From NCBI GenBank assembly GCA_002256025.1, contig NKIB01013093.1, positions 44,327-64,326 of the forward strand: a stretch of DNA of 20,000 nt. Reading direction: 5' to 3'. This DNA comes from Asterionella formosa. Lineage: Eukaryota. Under the pieces are notes generated by a model. The model ran no database searches. It was not told where the DNA came from and worked only from the letters and a program-made list of their open reading frames with translations. The translations under genes and the position numbers were made by a program. Below are positions 1 through 11,106 of this stretch, in pieces (the stretch's first letter is position 1; the number at the start of each line of letters is the position of its first letter).

Positions 1-350
1 TTGAGTGCCACGACACCACGAAGAGTTCCGCCACCATCAGGCAATGGAAAGTATCCTAGCGCACATCGCTTTAAATTTTCCCCCGCTCCGTTTTTTTCTA
101 TAAAGTCGTAAAATGCCATGGCATCCTTGGAGCGGTCCATATCGACAGCGCTGGTTTCGCTTGTTTTTGCAGAAGAACCGAATCCCTTGACTCCGGCAGA
201 AGCGGGACCAGTCTTCTTCTTTTTCTTGTCATCCTTGGCAAAGCGGGGTGTGGATTTTTGAAATTTGGACGATGGGAAGGTTGCAAATCCATGTACGCAT
301 GAATTTGCCAAGCCAAATAGAAAAATGGCGGTGACCTTTACAGGTTTCAT
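1..350 (-). CDS. 5' part of a probable plastid-targeted SET-domain (Rubisco LSMT-like) protein methyltransferase; continues beyond the window edge
   Basis: Not in the ORF track because it has no stop in the window. ATG at 350-348 opens a frame to position 1: MKPVKVTAIFLFGLANSCVHG|FATFPSSKFQKSTPRFAKDDKKKKKTGPASAGVKGFGSS...AFYDFIEKNGAGENLKRCALGYFPLPDGGGTLRGVVAL. Hydrophobic signal peptide followed by F and a Ser/Lys-rich transit peptide; RGVVA resembles the first SET-domain strand (RG[LV][VF]A). The CDS call is firmer than the product call. Confidence 0.7.
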   Translation of the reverse strand, partial: MKPVKVTAIFLFGLANSCVHGFATFPSSKFQKSTPRFAKDDKKKKKTGPASAGVKGFGSSAKTSETSAVDMDRSKDAMAFYDFIEKNGAGENLKRCALGYFPLPDGGGTLRGVVAL

Positions 351-553
351 AGTTTCTCTCCTTCGACTTAGGGGGGAGAGTGGTTATTAAAAACTCTTGT
401 GGAAGAGACTACTGATATTATGACGACAGAAGCCGAAGCATTCAAATGCAAGCACCGCCACACTTGTCGGGAGCCATCCAGTTTGACAAATGTCATAAAT
501 ACAACCGGTAGCTCAATATTGAATTGGTACCGCTAGGTTCCTGGTACCTGGTA

Positions 554-636
554 CTACATAGCTATATAGCTTATGATAGCCTATCGTATTACATACCGGT
601 AGCTACATAGCTTATGATACCGGTAGCCTATCGTAT
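554..636. repeat. Imperfect direct duplication (554-589 / 603-636) in the divergent intergenic region
   Basis: ctacatagct(atatagct)tatgaTAgcctatcgtat versus ctacatagcttatgaTACCGGTAgcctatcgtat; the copies differ only by short indels at TA sites. Confidence 0.8.
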
Positions 637-984
637 CCTCTGCCATTAGCCAAATGTGACGCACCACGCTCAGCCATCAATCACATCCTCAGCATAAAAG
701 CAATTCATCTACCAGTACCGGTACTTACCGGATGGATACCGTATGATGTTATGATAAAGATCTACCCCATACGTACAGGTAGTACTGTTGATCATCTATC
801 TTTATTTTCATACATGATTATACATATGCGTATGCAAACCATGTGCAGACAATGTGGATAGAGTAGACTACATACCGGTACATGATAATATCTTCTTACG
901 TACCTGTATTTACAATCAAAATCATTCTTTCCATGTTGCGACAATAACAGTAACAACAAGCGCAGAAACAACAATGCCGAGACA

Positions 985-2546
985 ATGACATCAACTCTGA
1001 TGACGACCATCACACTCACCCTACTCCTCTCTGTAGGAGATGCTGCTTTCACGTCTGCTCCTCGCATGATCGAGCAGCCCCGACCCTCCCGTCGAGCTGT
1101 TGTTGTTTCGTCCATCTTTGGAGGAAGTCTATTCGGAGGAGGATCCGTCGAGCCGAGCAAGGGGGCCACCAACGAGGTCCTCAAAAGTTCCCATGGTATG
1201 AAGCAACGCCGCTTGGGCGGGTCAGACATTCTAGTGAGTGCCCTAGGACTGGGCACCCAACGATGGGTATCGACGGACTTTAACGCTCCCAACGAGCAAG
1301 AATGCTTTGCGTTTATGGACGAAGCGATTCTGAAGCACGGCGTCAATTTGATTGATACGGCAGAGCAATATCCCATTCCTAGCGACGGAAGTCGAGCGAA
1401 GGAAGGAGATACAGAACGATGCATCGGGAAGTGGATGAAAGAACGGAAGGTGTCAAGAGAGAAAGTCGTGATTGCCACCAAGATTACTGGAGGGCGGAAT
1501 GTCACGCCCAAGAATATCAAGGCTGATTGTGAAGGGTCCTTAAAGAGGTTGGGAACAAACTATATTGATGTCTATCAGGTAAGTTCGTTGCAGGAATGTC
1601 ATGAATTAGATATTGGCCTCGTGCTCAAGTTAATGTTTTGATGCATGTAGCTTCACTGGCCGCAAAGATATTCTCCACAGTCGAATTGGGGTCAATCCAT
1701 GGCTTATAACATTGACAACGACAGCAACCCCTACTGGCGGTCCAATGGAGGACCAACCTCGTTTGAGGACCTGTGCTTGGCGATGGAAGGACTCATTCAA
1801 GAAGGAAAGATTCGGGGATGGGGATTGTGCAATGACAATGCATATGGTCTCACTGCCTGCACAAGGACTGCTAAGGCATTAGGAGTCACCCCGCCGTGTT
1901 CAATACAGGGTGATTTCAGTCTCATTGATCGCAAATCTGAAGAAAATGGAGTAGCTGAAGCTGCATCACCCTTTAATGAAAATGTTGGTTTCATGTCATG
2001 TACGTAACATAACTTGTCTCTTTTGTTTGTTCTAACGTCGGGATCAGAACCAGGAATTCACCAATGACTTTTTTCAATTCTCCAGACAATGCCCTCGCGG
2101 GTGGAATGTTGACTGGCAAATATCTGAGTGTCCCTTCCGCTTCAGACGATATTGGTGAACGCGCCAATGCTTCATTTCGTCAACCTCGGGGTCGCATGGA
2201 CACGCGTGGATGGGGCCAGACCCTCTATAGGTATCGAACTGACGCGGTCCAAGATGCGATACGGGACTATGCCACAATTGCTAACGAGCACAAAATGACG
2301 CTCACGGAATTGAGTTTGCGATGGACACAGCAAAGATCCTTGGTAACGACGACGCTGGTAGGGCATTCGACACTGGAACAGTTGCAAGAAAGTTTAAAAT
2401 ACTTTACAATGAAGGAGCCACTCTCGGATGAAATCATGTGGGCCGTGGATCGTGTGCACATGAGAAATCGACTTCCTATTTTCAGTTCCAATAGAGTAGG
2501 ATCAGATTGGTATGGATCGGGTGAGATTGGTGAACCGATTCCATAA
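985..2546 (+). CDS. Aldo/keto reductase, Tas-like, probably plastid-targeted; join(985..1578,1651..1999,2086..2546), about 467 aa
   Basis: Three ORF-track fragments splice in frame: IDVYQ|LHWPQR and VGFMS-Y-NALAGGMLTGKY. AKR catalytic residues are visible in DTAEQY (Asp, Tyr), IATK (Lys) and LHWP (His), plus LGLGT and SLKRLGTNYID. N-terminal hydrophobic segment ends in GDAAF. The start could be the ATG at 985 or at 1000. Confidence 0.92.
1579..1650 (+). other. Spliceosomal intron 1 of the AKR gene (72 nt)
   Basis: GTAAGT donor, CATGTAG acceptor; contains an in-frame stop; removal restores YQLHWP. Confidence 0.92.
2000..2085 (+). other. Spliceosomal intron 2 of the AKR gene (86 nt)
   Basis: GTACGT donor, TTCTCCAG acceptor; removal gives the split codon T|AC (Tyr) and restores SYNALAGG. 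Confidence 0.9.
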
Positions 2547-2795
2547 GCAATTCTTTGCTGTTAGGATCGAAACATTTTTAATTCAAGAAATGACCCATAT
2601 CATTGCTACGGTTAGCAATGGGAGAATAATCACCTTTAAAAGTTTACCTAGCTATAGCAATACGAGTTGATTCAGACAGTGCCATTGCCAATTCGGCTTG
2701 GCCATCAGTCAAAATAGATCAAACTCAAGGCTACCCAAAGTCCAACTACAATACCTCACGCATGTATGGAGTTTGCCTCTGCCGAAAGAATAGTT

Positions 2796-3254
2796 TTACC
2801 ACTTGTTTTCCGAAGCTTGGTCAAGCACATATGCCACGACATTCTCAAAATCCTCAGGAGATTTGACAGTTCCACCAAACAAGAGTGCCCCCTTGTGAAC
2901 TGCTCCATTCTGCACAAATGCTTGAATGGCAACAGGATCCATACCAAAGTTCTTCTGAAGCGTGTCTTTTTGAAGGTCCTTTTCTTTCACCACGCGATTC
3001 TGTCCTCCAGCGTGACAGGCAGCACAATTGGCAGTAAAGAGTTCCTCGCCAGCTGCCACGTCTACTGCCGATGCTGCAGGCGCAAACATAGCGGTAAAGA
3101 AGAGCGCGGTTGCTGCGGTTGTCGCCACTCCCTCATACATGGACTTGGACATTTCCAACGACGTGCGTTTTGTGGTTGGAGTGACAGCCACAAAGCCAAA
3201 GGCGGATGCAGAAGTCGCGAGAAAGAGGGCAAGGAGGGACAAGATTCGAACCAT
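2796..3254 (-). CDS. petJ: Cytochrome c6-like (PetJ family) thylakoid-lumen protein, atypical paralogue
   Basis: Tripartite presequence: signal peptide ending ASA|F, transit peptide, lumenal signal ending PAASA|. Mature part VDVAAGEELFTANCAACHAGGQN has the CxxCH haem motif and ends VVAYVLDQASENKW, typical of c6. The symbol denotes the family; the distal ligand region is non-canonical. Confidence 0.85.
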   Translation of the reverse strand: MVRILSLLALFLATSASAFGFVAVTPTTKRTSLEMSKSMYEGVATTAATALFFTAMFAPAASAVDVAAGEELFTANCAACHAGGQNRVVKEKDLQKDTLQKNFGMDPVAIQAFVQNGAVHKGALLFGGTVKSPEDFENVVAYVLDQASENKW

Positions 3255-5117
3255 GGTGCAAAAGGATTTACTGTGGATGTTGTGTCTTACATAGTTGTGT
3301 TTCTTCGTTTAGCTTAGGCAACAAAGATACAGATTCTCAATCGTTGTTTTATGCATTGTGAAGTTACTTCGCTTATTACCTGGTAGTCCCAGGTCCTGGT
3401 ACCATGTACACTGAGGATATGTCTATGTAGTTTTACCGTATGTACCGGTAGTTCAATTCTCTACTGACACATGGATACACAAGACCAAAAGTTGATGTCA
3501 TGATTCCAAACAGACAAAACGTCGATTCGAGTTTGCTTGAACATATGTACAGTATTACATACCAGTAGCTAGTATGCATTACCGGTATGTCGTTCTCAAG
3601 AAGATACCGTCAAAATTCGGATTGCTTAGTTTCGTCATATTTCATGTATGATGCTGGTATCGTCGTACGTTCGTCCAATAATAAGTATACCGGTAGTATG
3701 CAAGAATCAAAAGAATCATCAGCCCCGCAAAGAAAATATTGAGAACCATGCATCAATGCAGTTCTACTGGACAAAGTACAAGGATTCCATGTAGCTCCAC
3801 CGGAAAAGTATTTGAGAAAATGATTGAAACTTTTCATCATCTGCAAGACGAACACGGTGAGGCTAGTGATTTCCGGTTCAAGTTAGAGTACAGGTACAGC
3901 AAATCACCTTCACGGCCTTCTCCCAGACGATTGTCGGGTAGGTGCCTGGTACGAGATCATTGTAGCTAGTTAGCATCCTAACAAAGGCTAAATTAATTCA
4001 TGGAATCCTGTGTTGTACACACATCGATACCTTTTTCGTGAGTTCATGTGTGTTGGAAAAGAATTTTGATACAGGCATCATGATCAACTCACGCATACAT
4101 CACATACGACTAGCCATGTTCCATCATTTCATTGTTACATGACCTGATGGCTGTTCCCATCAATCAGCCTCTTGACAAACACTTATTGCGCTTGGTAGAC
4201 CTTACAGAAAATCATTGAGTAGTTGATGCAGGTTCTGAACAAGTTAAATAGTAAGGCATGTTTGGCATTAGCTAGATTTGCAGCTAGATTTGCAGCTAAT
4301 GTATAATTTCCTTTTGTTACAAATCTTTCCCTCCATCATGCACACAGAACTTGGCTATACTCAGCAGAAAATCAAGTTCCTCTTTCCATGTGAATTCTTC
4401 TTCTTTGACATGATGAACTTTGTCTAACAAACTCGACCCACCTAGAATTGATTTTTAGATAATCTGTAATTTTATGTGCTGGCCAGCATATTGCACTAGG
4501 GATTGGGTCATAGGTGCGACTACATTGTATTTTGCTGAGATTGGAATGTCAGCAAAATTACCACAACTTGCAGGTACATGGTACATTAAAAACTTCATAC
4601 TCCTTTCCATGGGCAGGTATCTCCTCACATAGAACTTACCTGTTGTAGTACTAGTACTGTTATCTTTTGCTGCTAGAGCTCTTGCTAGTTTTTTGCTATT
4701 GACCTAATTCTCACTGTTTCTTAATTTTAAAAGCTTGAACTAAAACCTAGTTTTGATCCCATTCATCACGCTTTGAGAACCTGTTCTGTGTGATCCCTTT
4801 TTGTTGATACAATCCTCCTTCTGATTGATCTAAAATGTCAATCTCATTAGCAAGGTTCTTGACATGGAAATGCACCATGTGATTCATTGGACCATAGTTG
4901 AGTCCACAGTCTTCATGATCCATCATAGCTATTGACACTATCATTTTGAAACTGGTAATACCCTATGAGTTCTGTTGAACTTAGAGTGTAGACTTGTTCT
5001 TATCATGGGATTTTTTATGGTATTATTGTGATTACACATTTGAATCCATTATATCATCCCACACTTTCACGGAATGCACAACAAAAATATGGTGGAAAGA
5101 TGCCATTGAATCATATT

Positions 5118-6443
5118 TTAATACCAAAATTCTTGATATCGCCTCACTATTTCTTCCTTCACTTGTCGTTCATCGCGTTGTGCATCTGGGTGATAGAGGA
5201 GGTCATACATGAACAATGTGGCTCGCTCAGATATTTGTCTTGCCTTTTGGTCATTGTCTCTGACCCACTGCACCATTTCTTCTGCATTAGCCCCATCAAC
5301 ATCCATAGGAATGTAATGTACCCAAGGCTCCAGTAATTCTTCCATCGCCCAAGATGTCCTTGTCGGCTTTGGCATAAGAACCACAGATTTGCTAAGCAGA
5401 TTCCATTTAAGCCCTGATGCCACATCATTGCCTTCGAAGCTGATTAATATTTTGTAACTTTGAAACTCTCCCATGGACAATCGTTCCTTGGTGAGTTTGA
5501 CTCCATTCACAGTGTCTGGTATCAAGCCGACGGTGTCATCGATACCAGCATCAATTAATTTCGAGTTCATGTGTTCTAACACAAAGCGACATCTCTGGTT
5601 TTCTCGGCAATGCTGTAGTGGTGGCAAATCGCTGGGTGCATGACCTTTCCCAGTGAACGCCCCTCTCCAAATGGCTAGCGGTTTCTTCTGTTCCCATGCC
5701 CTATCACAACTCCTCGAATCTTCCAACGGCTCCCAGTGGCGAATTGTCTCCAACTTCCAGATAATACTACCGGTGGGGATGGCTGATATCAGTTCATTAT
5801 TATCTGGACATTGACTCGTCAGATCTTGTAGTTCCTGACGGGTCATGGCATTTCGCCATTTGCCAATCATCGGCACGCTATCGTCATTGACAGCAACATC
5901 TCCAAAGTGAGCCACTAGTGGAGTCCGTCTCGATAGAGGAGTGTCAAACTGATCATTGATATCCATCAAATCTTGTACATTTTGGCAGTAACTACGCATG
6001 GAGCCTCGTTGGTGCACATGCGGGCTTTCTCCCCCCCTGGAATCTGCACAATCATCAACAACGGGCCGGTTCAACAGTAACTTGCTGTCGGGTTGGACAA
6101 GGCCAAGAAAAAGTGCCTCCTCGTCGTTGCTGGTGTTGTGAACTTGCAATGTGGGGTAGGGCCCATCCTCGTTCCGGCTGTATTGGATATTAGGAAGAGT
6201 GAAATTGTGGCAGAGCCTTACTGCGTACCAACGATGCATGTATATCTTGACGCGGTCCTCCACACTTGGGAATCGGTCCTCTCGGGACAGTGGATGCCAC
6301 TCGGCATGGAAGGAAAATGGTAATGGCAAGAATGCTGGGCGTAGAAAGGAATGAATATAAGAAACATTGCCCACGACAACGAACAAGAAGAGGAATACTC
6401 CAATTACTCGAAGGTGATGGCCAAAGATACGGCGAGCGCTCAT
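5118..6443 (-). CDS. Glycosyltransferase family 90 (CAP10-like) type II membrane protein, 441 aa
   Basis: Single long ORF with an N-terminal TM anchor and GT90 motifs WEQKKPLAIWRGAFTG, YKILISFEGNDVASGLKW, SKSVVL, LEPWVHYIP and AQQI-like ARQISERA. Confidence 0.88.
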   Translation of the reverse strand: MSARRIFGHHLRVIGVFLFLFVVVGNVSYIHSFLRPAFLPLPFSFHAEWHPLSREDRFPSVEDRVKIYMHRWYAVRLCHNFTLPNIQYSRNEDGPYPTLQVHNTSNDEEALFLGLVQPDSKLLLNRPVVDDCADSRGGESPHVHQRGSMRSYCQNVQDLMDINDQFDTPLSRRTPLVAHFGDVAVNDDSVPMIGKWRNAMTRQELQDLTSQCPDNNELISAIPTGSIIWKLETIRHWEPLEDSRSCDRAWEQKKPLAIWRGAFTGKGHAPSDLPPLQHCRENQRCRFVLEHMNSKLIDAGIDDTVGLIPDTVNGVKLTKERLSMGEFQSYKILISFEGNDVASGLKWNLLSKSVVLMPKPTRTSWAMEELLEPWVHYIPMDVDGANAEEMVQWVRDNDQKARQISERATLFMYDLLYHPDAQRDERQVKEEIVRRYQEFWY

Positions 6444-7192
6444 TTGGTCCTTGGAACGGATCGAAACGAGTCTACCGTACTACACTGCGTTTCGTGTCAA
6501 CGCAGTTCTGTTTGGCTTGGCTTGCAGCCCTGACTGTGCTGTCAATGAAAGGAAGGATTGGGATTGCTCAATAGAGATGTGCCGCAGGGGACAATGACAG
6601 CGAAGAATGATTTTGTTCGAATGTGTCAAGGGCACTGCTATCATAAGTATACCGGTACTCGGCATGGTTCGGTTGTTTGTTTGATATAGCTATACCGGTA
6701 TTACTCCAACCATCCACGTAGTAGTATATATTGATACACATGACTGAAGAAAAAAATACAAGAATCGAGGACAACGATGACGAATCTGTTATCAAGGATT
6801 TCTCAAATGCAGTATATGCCGGTCGTGGCTAAGCAACTGGAGAGATCGGCTCCCGCCACACCAGCCAAAGATGATCTTTCGAACGCACATTTTATGTACG
6901 TACAGGAACCATCATACGTTGCTACATACAGGAATCGGAATGGCTACATTTTTAAACCGGCATGCTGCATTTTAATAATCAATGCCCCTTCTTTTGTAGA
7001 AAAATCATTTTATTCAACTTACGGTATACCGGTAATAACAATTAATACGAACAGTGTGACTACATTTTTTTATGAGCGATCATTCAAGATTACATTGAAT
7101 TCCATCACAACACTCCTGCATCGCAGTTGTTGGCTACATTCTTGCAGAGTAAGTTCGACCAGAAAGTCACATCATACCGGGTATTTGGAAGG

Positions 7193-7909
7193 ATGCATCA
7201 TATTAGACGTCTCTCGGTATTATTCGCACCGTTCATACTGAAAGTATTTGCACTGTTCATTGTTGCGTCAATACAAACAACCAACGCTTGGTCCATTCCG
7301 ATATCACGACGACAAGCCTTCGACCATGCCATTCTTGTATCAACGATGATACCATCATGGCCCACACAGGCTCGAAACTTGCCGGAGGATAATGGTGCTG
7401 ATCTGTCAAATGTTGGAACAGTGCAAGCGCTGTTACCCATTATTGACATCGAACAAGTCCTGTCAACAATGCAATCGACATTGACCACATCACCATCGGG
7501 GATTCTTCTCCTTCCGTCGTCTATTCCAACCAATGAACTGCAATTCAAAAAAATCTTTGATGCCTATAGCATCCCAGTCACATACAAACAAAAGTTTCGC
7601 AACAACAATGCATTTTTGGTGTACTACACTCAAGGCTATGATGGTCCCAATCGACCCAATTTAGAAGATTTGTCAGAACGTGAACTGCTGCAGCAAGAGC
7701 AGTATGGAGCTAGAAACGAGTGTTGGTTGGCTTGGAATGAACTTGTTAATGAAGTGGAGTATGTGACTAGATCGGGTGATTATTCAACTAGCGATGAACT
7801 GGGTTTACTATTGAACACCACGATTGCAGCTGTCACTGCATATTTAACATTGGCACCCAATCAGGTGGAAGGAAGAACAATGTGGCAGGCAAAAAATCCA
7901 AGCATCTGA
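7193..7909 (+). CDS. Predicted thylakoid-lumen protein of unknown function (238 aa)
   Basis: First ATG in the 7127-7909 frame is at 7193. Hydrophobic signal peptide ending TNA|W, then SRRQ (twin-Arg), a hydrophobic stretch and a PTQA| lumenal-peptidase-like site, followed by a globular-looking region (FKKIFDAYS...AFLVYYTQGYDGPNRP...QYGARNECW). Confidence 0.75.
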   Translation: MHHIRRLSVLFAPFILKVFALFIVASIQTTNAWSIPISRRQAFDHAILVSTMIPSWPTQARNLPEDNGADLSNVGTVQALLPIIDIEQVLSTMQSTLTTSPSGILLLPSSIPTNELQFKKIFDAYSIPVTYKQKFRNNNAFLVYYTQGYDGPNRPNLEDLSERELLQQEQYGARNECWLAWNELVNEVEYVTRSGDYSTSDELGLLLNTTIAAVTAYLTLAPNQVEGRTMWQAKNPSI

Positions 7910-9939
7910 AATGAATGTGGATAACCATCAGAATTGAGCTCATTGTTCATGTCAAGGGGTCTATTGGACAGTAATGGAGCAGTTGTAATTAGGAAAGGAA
8001 GACTGCAGTCTTTTGTACAACTGAGTGCCCACCAGCAGATTGATTGCAATACTTTTGTCATGGTTAGTATATCATTTGGGCTACAGCCAGCTTCCATTCA
8101 TAACTGTTTGAATTTCCAGGAATATTTTCTGTCCTCCTCAACATTATTGTGTTTTTTGGGAATCAAACAACCGACTTGACAATGTTGATGTATCCCTGTT
8201 TTTACATCACCAGGCTCGTAAAAATCAATTAGAGAATGTAGCATGAGTTTACTCAGACTGATCAAATAATGGTAATCAGCTCATAGGGGAAAATTTCTTG
8301 TCAGTGTAAAGTTGTTGAGCTGTGGAGGTCCCAACTCATATCTTGTATTGGCTTGTATATACCAGACTATGCAGTGCACCTAGTGTGCTCATATATCATA
8401 AATATTTAGACAATACTCATAAAAAGAGCCAAATACTGTGTGTCATTGTATAGTTATTATCAATTATGTTGGATGAAGAATTTCACTGCAAAAACTAGCT
8501 TGCCAGGAAGAACAAGGGTACTGGTACTTAAATCGTAGGTTCAAACATCAAAACGAGGGTGGGGGTCATGAAAAGGTAAAATAGTATTCAACTATATGCA
8601 GAAGCAAGTGAAGAGGTTCATTCCCTTATGGCTGATAGAATTAAATATTTCTGATCAAAGCAGTTTTCTAATAAACAAACCAGGAGATATCAAGTCAAAA
8701 AGTATGTGAGCATCTTATTTATGATAAAGATGTGCTACGTGCGAAGCCAATCCTGAAAATCGTTGAAGGGCACCAGGCTATCATAGCTGCTTTCTGGACA
8801 AGTGATCTAGTAAGTGCGGTGATAATGTGAACTATGTGAACTATGTTATGATTTCTAATATCATCATTGTCATCATAATCATCAGCACTGAACAGTCGCT
8901 AACATTGGCTACTTCTAAAAACTAGTTAACGAGAGGAAAGGTAGTCGTGATCTCCAAGTAATGATTATCCTTGTTTGAATCTGATCTTACATCATTTGAC
9001 CAATTCAGCTCTTTTCTAACCAAATTAATAAATACAGCTTGTACCACTATTGCAGTTGGATTGTACATAAATTTGCAATATGTTCGATGTCAGCAAGGAG
9101 GTACTAGCGGATTGCCTCTAATTTTGAACATGGGTGTTATTCAATTAAAATCCAGCTCAATTCTCCATGGACCCCCGCCTTCTATTACCCTCCAATATGT
9201 GCCTTCTTGCGCCAAACTCTTCTGTCTTGTTTTACTATTTGGTGTTGGTAGCTGAATATTCTCTAAAATGTCAACCCCAATTTGAGAAGATGCAACACCA
9301 TTTGTCATTTCTTGCTCCAGTATTATACTTCAGAAACATTATGATGTACATGACCGAATAACTTCGGACAGTTGGTAGCAATGACCCAACATCCATTTAA
9401 AATGCAGAAAAATACCACAAACCATGCTGCCGCCTTCATGGATTATCAACATCAACAACTTCATGGTAAAAACAGGTGCCCTATTTAGGCAACAAACAAA
9501 CAATTCTGAGAAATCATCATGTATCATTTCATGCATGTTTTATCAGAATTTTTCAAATTGTACTATTCCTAAGGGAATGAACCTGAAGGAACTATAGTAA
9601 TCTGCGATTTCCTAAACATCGAAGAGTTCACTACAAGGCATTCCTGTATATGCGTATAAACCAATGATATATCTATTGCAACAAAATTTCTATCCATCAT
9701 TATGAAGATATGTATGAGTTAACGTCAAGACATTCACACACATGCAAACATAGTATAGCTATACCGCTGTTGTGCATTCATATGTATGTATGCCAGCCAT
9801 GTAATTTTCTGTGTGATGCATATCCCTTCTCACTAGTACTAGGACTTCAGTTTTTGTAGTGGAGACTCAGTCATATTATTCGAATAGATTATACACTGGT
9901 ATTACAGTACCGGTATGATGGTACCTTGTTGTACCTAGG

Positions 9940-10132
9940 TGAGCGATCTTGCAAATCAATACAGATGTAAATAGGGTTAGTGTTATATCATATATATCAG
10001 AACTCAATAATGAAAGAACTCGACTAACCCTTAATGTATACTTTGGTGTCGACTTAGAGAACGAGTTGCACACAAGGATTAACTCATATATCCAACAATT
10101 ACTACTACTACTACTTCTAGTTAGATACTTCA
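9940..10132 (+). repeat. 5' LTR (193 bp)
   Basis: TGAGCGATCTTG...AGATACTTCA; 8 mismatches against the 3' LTR over the first ~145 bp by manual alignment; TATA-like tatatata tract. Confidence 0.93.
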
Positions 10133-11005
10133 CTTTGAGTTCAAAAAGAGTCCAATTAAAATTAATAATCATGTTGATGTACTGTCCTCTCAAGTTCCAG
10201 TGGTCCCATTGATGAAGGATAACAACATACAGAGCATCAAGACTCAGACCTCTTTGTGTATCCTTACAAGCCAGGTCGATTTTTGGAGTCTTTCAACAAA
10301 GATATGATCAATTGACACTCAGGGGAATCTTGTTAATTGATTTCAGTAAATTCTGTGATATGGCTAACACATATATCTTCAGTCCAGCAGATTCCTCTCT
10401 TGTTATCCTACTGCTACAGAATATGCATTTATAGATATCGCCTTGTCTGACTGGATGAGCGTTGCAATACATCCAGCCAGATGCTCAGTCCTATGACAGT
10501 CTCAACAAAATCATGGTGATGTGGCTGGAGCATTATTGTACTCATGACTTGTTTTTTGAGAGTCAGCATCATTGGATGTGGATTTTCTGATAATACTCAA
10601 TTAAACCGTTCAACATGCTGTTGATGAATGTCGCTGCCTGTTTCAAGACCTTAAAGAAGTTCCTAAAACTCATGATAACTCATCCAGAAGATCAAGAGGT
10701 TTCCGCCAAGGAAGATTTGAGGTTGATTGTCATTTTGCTTGATTTACAATGTGTGGCAACAAGTGCTGTTTGAATGGAACAATGAAAATAACACAAAAGA
10801 ATTGATTCGCTTTGTTTTGACTTACTTCGAGAGTCAACAATAATTCAAAGATCAACTCAAGCACATCCTCAAGCATGAGTTCTACCATAAGCCGAAATCG
10901 ACTTCGCATCGCTGAAGGCAATCGTGTTATGTCGAGAGAACGCACGTGCCTGGTGTCAATTTTCTAACACAAAATCGAAAATAAATAGTTAAAAGTTGAA
11001 GAAAA

Positions 11006-11106
11006 TCCCGTGATGCATCAAGAAAACAAGCGTGACTTGTGTCAATTTTAACAAAAGATTGTCTTTGCATTGCTGATTTCAGTCCCGTGATGCATCAAGA
11101 AAACAA
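11006..11106. repeat. 24-bp perfect direct repeat (11006-11029, 11083-11106) inside the LTR element
   Basis: tcccgtgatgcatcaagaaaacaa occurs twice; a second motif cgtg.ct.gtgtcaatttt occurs at 10945 and 11031. Confidence 0.8.

Noticed and set aside
98..316. 72-aa minus-strand ORF in the track
   Set aside because: Alternative frame of the longer ATG-350 reading frame, which has a coherent targeting presequence.
356..382. ggggggagag-TG resembling a Gypsy polypurine tract and LTR start, or a hairpin with ctctcc
   Set aside because: It lies immediately upstream of the SET-like ATG, has no partner LTR or pol relic, and the stem is only 6 Watson-Crick pairs.
792..1520. 242-aa minus-strand ORF
   Set aside because: Antisense shadow of AKR exon 1 with no recognisable motifs.
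2766..3317. 183-aa and 88-aa plus-strand ORFs
   Set aside because: Antisense shadows of the cytochrome c6-like gene.
6777..7241. 154-aa plus-strand ORF upstream of the lumen-protein gene
   Set aside because: No recognisable domain, AT-rich, contains the footprint-like motifs typical of non-coding DNA here, and overlaps the better-supported gene.
8170..9900. AT-rich region with short ORFs, possibly old transposon debris
   Set aside because: No terminal repeats, TSD or protein motifs that I could support by eye.
11006..11106. 24-bp repeats with a 53-bp spacer as a CRISPR-like array
   Set aside because: Only two copies, eukaryotic context, inside a retrotransposon, no cas genes.
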